64,000 nucleotides of DNA from an uncultured Spirochaetales bacterium (GTDB lineage Bacteria; Myxococcota_A; UBA9160; UBA6930), in contig CAZTOU010000006.1 in NCBI GenBank assembly GCA_964615365.1, forward strand, positions 51,587 to 115,586, given 5' to 3'. Position numbers and translations under genes: made by a program. Below are positions 59,620-64,000 of this stretch, in pieces (position 1 is the stretch's first letter; every line of letters begins with the position of its first letter). Under the pieces are notes generated by a model that saw only the letters and a program-made list of their open reading frames with translations, did no database searches and had not been told where the DNA came from.

Positions 59620-60549
59620 ATGTCCGTGCGCACCCTCGTCGTCGTGAACCCACGCAGCCGGAGCGGTGCCACCCGGCGCCAGTTCGCCTCCCTGGAGCCG
59701 CGGCTCCGCGATTCCCTGGGAGCCTTCGAGATGGAGTGGACCCGGTCCCCCCGAGACGCTGAGCGCATCGCCCGCGAGGGAGTTCGCGCCGGATTCGAGC
59801 GCATCGTGGTGGCGGGTGGTGACGGAACCACCAGCGAGGTGGTCAGCGGACTCCTGGGCGCGAAGCTCGGAGACTACGCCGAGGTGGCGCCGCTGCCTCT
59901 GGGGACCGGCGGAGACCTGATGCGGACGCTCGGCATTCCCCGAAAGCTGGACCGCGCCCTCGAGGGAATCGCGGCCGGGCACAGCCAGAAGATCGACGCC
60001 GGTCGGGTGCGCTACACCGACCGCAGCGGCCGGGAGCGCACTACCCACTTTCTGAACGTGACGAGCTTCGGTGTGAGCGGCCTGATCACCGAGCTGGTGA
60101 ATCGCGCCACCAAGGCCTTCGGAGGGCGCGTCTCCTTTCTGCTCGGAACGCTTCGGGGGATCACCCGCTACCGTCCCGAGGAGGTCCGCATACGGGTGCA
60201 GGGAGAGCTGGTCTACGAGGGCCCGCTGGTTCTCGGGACCGCGGCGAATGGCCGCTTCTTCGGGGGCGGCATGCAGGTGGCGCCCCGCGCCGAGCCGGCG
60301 GATGGGCTCTTCGACGTGGTGGTGATTCCGGGCTTCTCCAAGCCTCGGCTGCTCCGAGAGCTGCCGCGCATCTACGCCGGCACCCACCTCGAGGTTCCCG
60401 AGGTCTCCTTGCACCGCGGCCAGCGCATCGAGGCCGAGGCGGCGCCGGGTCGGGTGTGGGTCGAGATCGACGGCGAGCCCCTGGGCACCCTGCCCGCGAG
60501 TATCGAGGTGCTCCCCTCCGCGGTTTCCGTGCTGGGCTCTCCCGGGTGA
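59620..60549 (+). CDS. diacylglycerol-kinase-family lipid kinase (YegS/BmrU-like)
   Basis: LVVVNPRSRSG...IVVAGGDGTTSEVVSGL...PLGTGGDLMRTLG. Confidence 0.85.
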   Translation: MSVRTLVVVNPRSRSGATRRQFASLEPRLRDSLGAFEMEWTRSPRDAERIAREGVRAGFERIVVAGGDGTTSEVVSGLLGAKLGDYAEVAPLPLGTGGDLMRTLGIPRKLDRALEGIAAGHSQKIDAGRVRYTDRSGRERTTHFLNVTSFGVSGLITELVNRATKAFGGRVSFLLGTLRGITRYRPEEVRIRVQGELVYEGPLVLGTAANGRFFGGGMQVAPRAEPADGLFDVVVIPGFSKPRLLRELPRIYAGTHLEVPEVSLHRGQRIEAEAAPGRVWVEIDGEPLGTLPASIEVLPSAVSVLGSPG

Positions 60550-60552
60550 GGG

Positions 60553-61527
60553 ATGCGACCTTCTCGCGGGCGCAGCCTCTTCGACCGGATTCGCGCTGCC
60601 TGCGCAGAAGTGGCGCGGCGCTCAGCGTCGGTTCATATCGACGACCGCGGTCTCGAGCGCCTCTCTCTAAGCCTGGTGCAAGGGCGCGCTTCGGCGCCGG
60701 CGATCGATCCCGCGCATCAGCCCTTTGCAGGGACCGCCACCACCGTCGCCTTCGTCATCACCATGAACGCGGTCAACTTCGGCTCGGGGTACTTCCCCCA
60801 CCTGCGAAAGCGGCCCGGTCTCTCCGGCTATCTCACCCTCTCCTCCCGACTCCGCGAGCGGTTCGCGAGCGAGGGCCCTTGGAGCGCCGAGGACCTGCTG
60901 CGGCTCACCGCCGCCGACTGCGCCCGAGTCTTTGGCCAGAAGCCCGAGCCCGCTGCCGATGAGCTGATGGGGCTCTTCGCGAGAGCGCTTCGCGATCTCG
61001 GGCGCCTTCTTCTCGAACACCACGGCGGGCGTTTCGAGGCTCTGGTCGAGACGGCTGGGGGCTCTGCGGAGCGGCTGGTCCAGCAGCTCGCCGAGATGGA
61101 GTTCTACCGAGACGTTGCCCGCTATCACGACCTCGAAGTGCCGCTCTACAAGCGCGCCCAGATCACCTGTTTGGATCTGGCCACTGCCCTCGAAGGGAAG
61201 GGGCTCGGTCACTTCGGAGATCTCGATCAGCTCACCCTCTTCGCCGACAACCTGGTCCCCCACGTGCTCCGGATGCGCGACGTGCTGGTCTACGATCGCG
61301 AGCTCGTCCGGCGTATCGAGAAGGGGGAGCTCATCGCGTCCCAGAGCCTCGAGGAGGTGGAGATTCGCGCCGTGGCTCTTCACGCCGTGGAGCGGCTCAG
61401 CGAATCCTGCGCGCGGCGTGGCTTCGAGGTGCCCCCTCACCAGATCGACGGGATCCTCTGGACCTTTGGACAACGTCCCGAGATCAAGGCTCGTCCCCGC
61501 CACCGCACGCGGTGCACCTTCTACTGA
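60553..61527 (+). CDS. queuosine-salvage family protein (DUF2419/Qng1-like)
   Basis: MNAVNFGSGYF, LTLFADNLVPHVLR, LEEVEIRAVALHAVE and the C-terminal HRTRCTFY* resemble the DUF2419 signature as I remember it. Not searched. Confidence 0.7.
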   Translation: MRPSRGRSLFDRIRAACAEVARRSASVHIDDRGLERLSLSLVQGRASAPAIDPAHQPFAGTATTVAFVITMNAVNFGSGYFPHLRKRPGLSGYLTLSSRLRERFASEGPWSAEDLLRLTAADCARVFGQKPEPAADELMGLFARALRDLGRLLLEHHGGRFEALVETAGGSAERLVQQLAEMEFYRDVARYHDLEVPLYKRAQITCLDLATALEGKGLGHFGDLDQLTLFADNLVPHVLRMRDVLVYDRELVRRIEKGELIASQSLEEVEIRAVALHAVERLSESCARRGFEVPPHQIDGILWTFGQRPEIKARPRHRTRCTFY

Positions 61528-61626
61528 AGACAGCGATTTCCGGGCCGGATCGTCACGCGCTGCCCGAGGCGATCGGCTAAGCTGCTCTCTCCACCGGTCA
61601 CAGCGTCGAAGAGGGAGTGAACACCG

Positions 61627-61836
61627 ATGGCCGCCAGAAAGAAGACTCGCCCGAGGAGCGCCAAGAAGGCCACTCGGAAGACCAGGACGGGAAAGACGAC
61701 CCGGCGGAAGGTCGCCGGGAGCAAGACGGCCAAGGCCAGGAAGCGCACGGCGGGAAAGAGCTCGGCATCGGCGGGGGACGTCGTCTACTCGGATCTTCGC
61801 AAGATCGCCCTCGCGCGCGCACTCGGCCGACGCTGA
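61627..61836 (+). CDS. small lysine/arginine-rich protein (H1-like low complexity)
   Basis: 69 aa. ATG with AGGGAG 8 nt upstream. Same orientation as its neighbours. MAARKKTRPRSAKKATRKTRTGKTTRRKVAGSKTAKARKRTAGK...VVYSDLRKIALARALGRR. An antisense hydrophobic ORF shares third positions, so composition cannot settle the strand. Confidence 0.5.
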   Translation: MAARKKTRPRSAKKATRKTRTGKTTRRKVAGSKTAKARKRTAGKSSASAGDVVYSDLRKIALARALGRR

Positions 61837-61945
61837 GCGATCGGCGTCCGCAGTAGCGTGCTCATGAATCACTCGGGCTAGGGAGAGACTGCGGAAGAGC
61901 TTGCGGAGCGGCGGCGGGAGAGCCACGCTCCGCGGTCGGGAACCC

Positions 61946-63100
61946 ATGGACCGCTCTGGCCCGCTCTCCGATGTCACCATCCTGGATCTGACCCGCGTGC
62001 TCGCGGGTCCGTATTGCACCATGGTGCTGGCGGACCTGGGCGCTCGTGTGATCAAGATCGAACGCCCCGTGGAAGGAGACGACGCACGGGCCATCGGTCC
62101 CTTCGTGAAGGAGAAGTCGGCCTACTTCATGTCGCTGAACCGCGGCAAGGAGAGCATTGCCCTCGACCTCCGGGATCCTGCCGATCGCGAGATCTTCGAG
62201 AAGCTGCTCCCCCGAGCCGATGTCCTGGTCGAGAACTTCCGGGCGGGCGTCATGGAGAAGCTGGGCTACGACTGGGAGTCGCTGCACGCGCGGCATCCCC
62301 GTCTGATCTACGCCGCTGCCTCGGGCTTCGGCCACACCGGACCCTACAGAGAGCGCCCCGCCTACGATCTGGTGGTGCAGGGCATGGGTGGGCTGATGAG
62401 CCTGACCGGTCAGCCCGGATCGCCGCCGACGCGGGTGGGCACCTCCATCGGCGACATCGCCGCCGGTCTCTTCACCGCCGTCGGGGTCAACGCGGCGCTC
62501 TACCACCGGGAGATGACCGGTGAGGGCACCAAGATCGACGTGGCGATGCTCGACTGCCAGGTGGCACTCCTCGAGAACGCCGTCGCGCGCTACGCTGCGA
62601 CCGGCCGGGTGCCCGGCCCGTTGGGCTCGCGCCATCCCTCCATCACTCCCTTCGAGGCCTTCGCCGCCGCCGACGGACATCTGATCATCGCCGCGGGCAA
62701 CGACGGCTTGTTTCGAAAGCTCTGCGATGCCCTCGGACGCCCCGAGCTGGCGGACGACGTTCGCTTCTGCAGCAACGAGGCGCGAAGCGCCCACGCCGAT
62801 GCGCTCAAGACCGCGATCGAGGGAGCCCTCCGCGGGCGTACCTGCACAGACTGGCTCGCCGCCCTCGAGAGCGCCGGCGTCCCCTGCGGCCCCATTCACG
62901 ACGTGGCGGAGGTGATGGCGGACCCGCAGATTGCTGCACGCAACATGGTGATCCGCGTACTCGATGAGACGGCCGGTGAGATCTCGATGCCGGGCAATCC
63001 GATCAAGCTCTCCGCATTCGACGATCCCACCACTCGGAAGCCGGCGCCCGATCTCGACAGCGATCGCCGACGTCTGCTCGATCAGCTGGGGAAGGGCTGA
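61946..63100 (+). CDS. family III CoA-transferase (CaiB/BaiF)
   Basis: ATG at 61946. ILDLTRVLAGPYCTMVLADLGARVIKIE...VENFRAGVMEKLG...AYDLVVQGMGGLMSLTG. Confidence 0.9.
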   Translation: MDRSGPLSDVTILDLTRVLAGPYCTMVLADLGARVIKIERPVEGDDARAIGPFVKEKSAYFMSLNRGKESIALDLRDPADREIFEKLLPRADVLVENFRAGVMEKLGYDWESLHARHPRLIYAAASGFGHTGPYRERPAYDLVVQGMGGLMSLTGQPGSPPTRVGTSIGDIAAGLFTAVGVNAALYHREMTGEGTKIDVAMLDCQVALLENAVARYAATGRVPGPLGSRHPSITPFEAFAAADGHLIIAAGNDGLFRKLCDALGRPELADDVRFCSNEARSAHADALKTAIEGALRGRTCTDWLAALESAGVPCGPIHDVAEVMADPQIAARNMVIRVLDETAGEISMPGNPIKLSAFDDPTTRKPAPDLDSDRRRLLDQLGKG

Positions 63101-63103
63101 CCA

Positions 63104-64000
63104 TCACGGCTCTTCGCGCCGCGCCTCGGAGAGCGCCAGAATCGCCTCGACCAGTGCGTCTCGCGCGCCTTCCGAGAGGCCGGGTGTGCGCAGCCGCTGG
63201 CGGGCGCGGCCCTGGAGATCGGCGCGCTCGACCCGCGCGGGAAGCTTCTGCAGCAGATAGGCGATGCGGTTGCCGATCCGCAAGAGGGCAGGCCGCAGGC
63301 TGGTGTCGAGATCCGCGGGCGGAGATTCTCCCACCGGACCCGCCGCCAGGGTCCTTCGCTGGATCTCCTTTGCGGCGGCGATCTGCGCCTCGAAGAAGCT
63401 GCGGACCGCTCGGTCGGAAGCCGGTCTCTGGTGCGCGTCGCGGGCGGCCTCGCGGGTGGCCGCGAGTGCCGCGTCGATCACGCGGCGCTCGCGCTCCGGC
63501 ACGGTCACCGGTGCGCCGGTCGCGCGTTTCGCCTCGGCGACGAGGGGCATGAGATCGAGTCGTTCACCCACCGCGGCCAGCAGGGCGCACACCGGTTCGG
63601 CCGTGTGTAGGGAATCGCCGTGCCCCAGGTAGCGTCGCCGCAACGCCGCCAGGGTGCCGTCGCTCTCACGATCCAGGAGCCAGGCGTCCAGGCTCGCCGC
63701 AAGCTCCTTGCGCTCGGGATGCACCAGGTAGGCCTTGAGGTCACTCGTGAAGGGGCCGAGCTGCCGCAGGCCCACGGATCCCTCCAGCCAGATCGGCGCT
63801 TCCAGCGTATCGGTGACCACCGCGTCGACCTTCCCGTCCCTCAATGCCCCGCGCACCGCCGCGTTCTCCGGGATCGCAGTGATGGCGGCCCCGGGGAAGT
63901 GGGCCCGGGTGACGCGCTCCAGGTGCCCGCCCTGGTTCACGCCGATCTTTGCTTCGGGATGGTCGAGAGACGCGAGGTCGGCGAAGCCCCCGTCCTCGCG
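63104..64000 (-). CDS. fusion protein: family-3 solute-binding-protein fold (possibly cyclohexadienyl-dehydratase-like) plus C-terminal AroQ chorismate mutase; N-terminus beyond window end
   Basis: The frame stays open to position 64000 (REDGGFADLASLDHPEAKIGVNQGG...). The SBP_bac_3-like part contains GKVDAVVTDTLEAPIWL...DGTLAALRRRYLG. The C-terminal part, LDLMPLVAEAKRATGAPVTVPERERRVIDAA...FFEAQIAAAKEIQ, is AroQ-like. Confidence 0.7.
   Translation of the reverse strand, partial: REDGGFADLASLDHPEAKIGVNQGGHLERVTRAHFPGAAITAIPENAAVRGALRDGKVDAVVTDTLEAPIWLEGSVGLRQLGPFTSDLKAYLVHPERKELAASLDAWLLDRESDGTLAALRRRYLGHGDSLHTAEPVCALLAAVGERLDLMPLVAEAKRATGAPVTVPERERRVIDAALAATREAARDAHQRPASDRAVRSFFEAQIAAAKEIQRRTLAAGPVGESPPADLDTSLRPALLRIGNRIAYLLQKLPARVERADLQGRARQRLRTPGLSEGARDALVEAILALSEARREEP

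Overview
GC-rich, gene-dense bacterial chromosomal segment: third codon positions are almost all G/C, so long antisense shadow ORFs are common in the track. I support about 60 protein-coding genes. By eye I found no rRNA, tRNA or CRISPR array. Most of the window is housekeeping: acetyl-CoA synthetase, Xaa-Pro aminopeptidase, RNase D, ProRS, a complete Rrf2-sufB-sufC-sufD-sufS-sufU-sufT Fe-S operon, FolK, BioA, PanE, threonine aldolase, CobB sirtuin, GGT, MlaA/MlaC, a mitochondrial-type aconitase, GntR-GlpD, a lipid kinase and a CoA-transferase. Many neighbouring genes are joined by ATGA/GTGA overlaps, and several starts look leaderless. One accessory, decaying island lies at about 25.8-29.3 kb, between the suf operon and an aminotransferase-LuxE-LuxC operon. 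It holds an HUH/Y1 (RAYT-type) transposase flanked by inverted arrays of short tandem repeats, an orphan FecR-domain protein, a frameshifted hemerythrin gene and a second multi-frameshift remnant. Items most worth follow-up: (1) the translationally coupled aminotransferase-LuxE-LuxC operon, a possible acid-to-aldehyde-to-amine pathway with no luciferase; (2) a 70-aa histone-fold protein with a basic N-terminal tail and no alpha3 helix, plus a second K/R-rich mini-protein with a similar N-terminus; (3) the RAYT/repeat locus; (4) two tandem, translationally coupled paralogous PDZ-polytopic-GAF histidine kinases with no response regulator; (5) an SBP-fold/chorismate mutase fusion at the window end; (6) a 370-nt GC-poor intergenic region ending in a plus-strand terminator with no credible ORF. 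All family calls come from motif recognition by eye. No database search was run.
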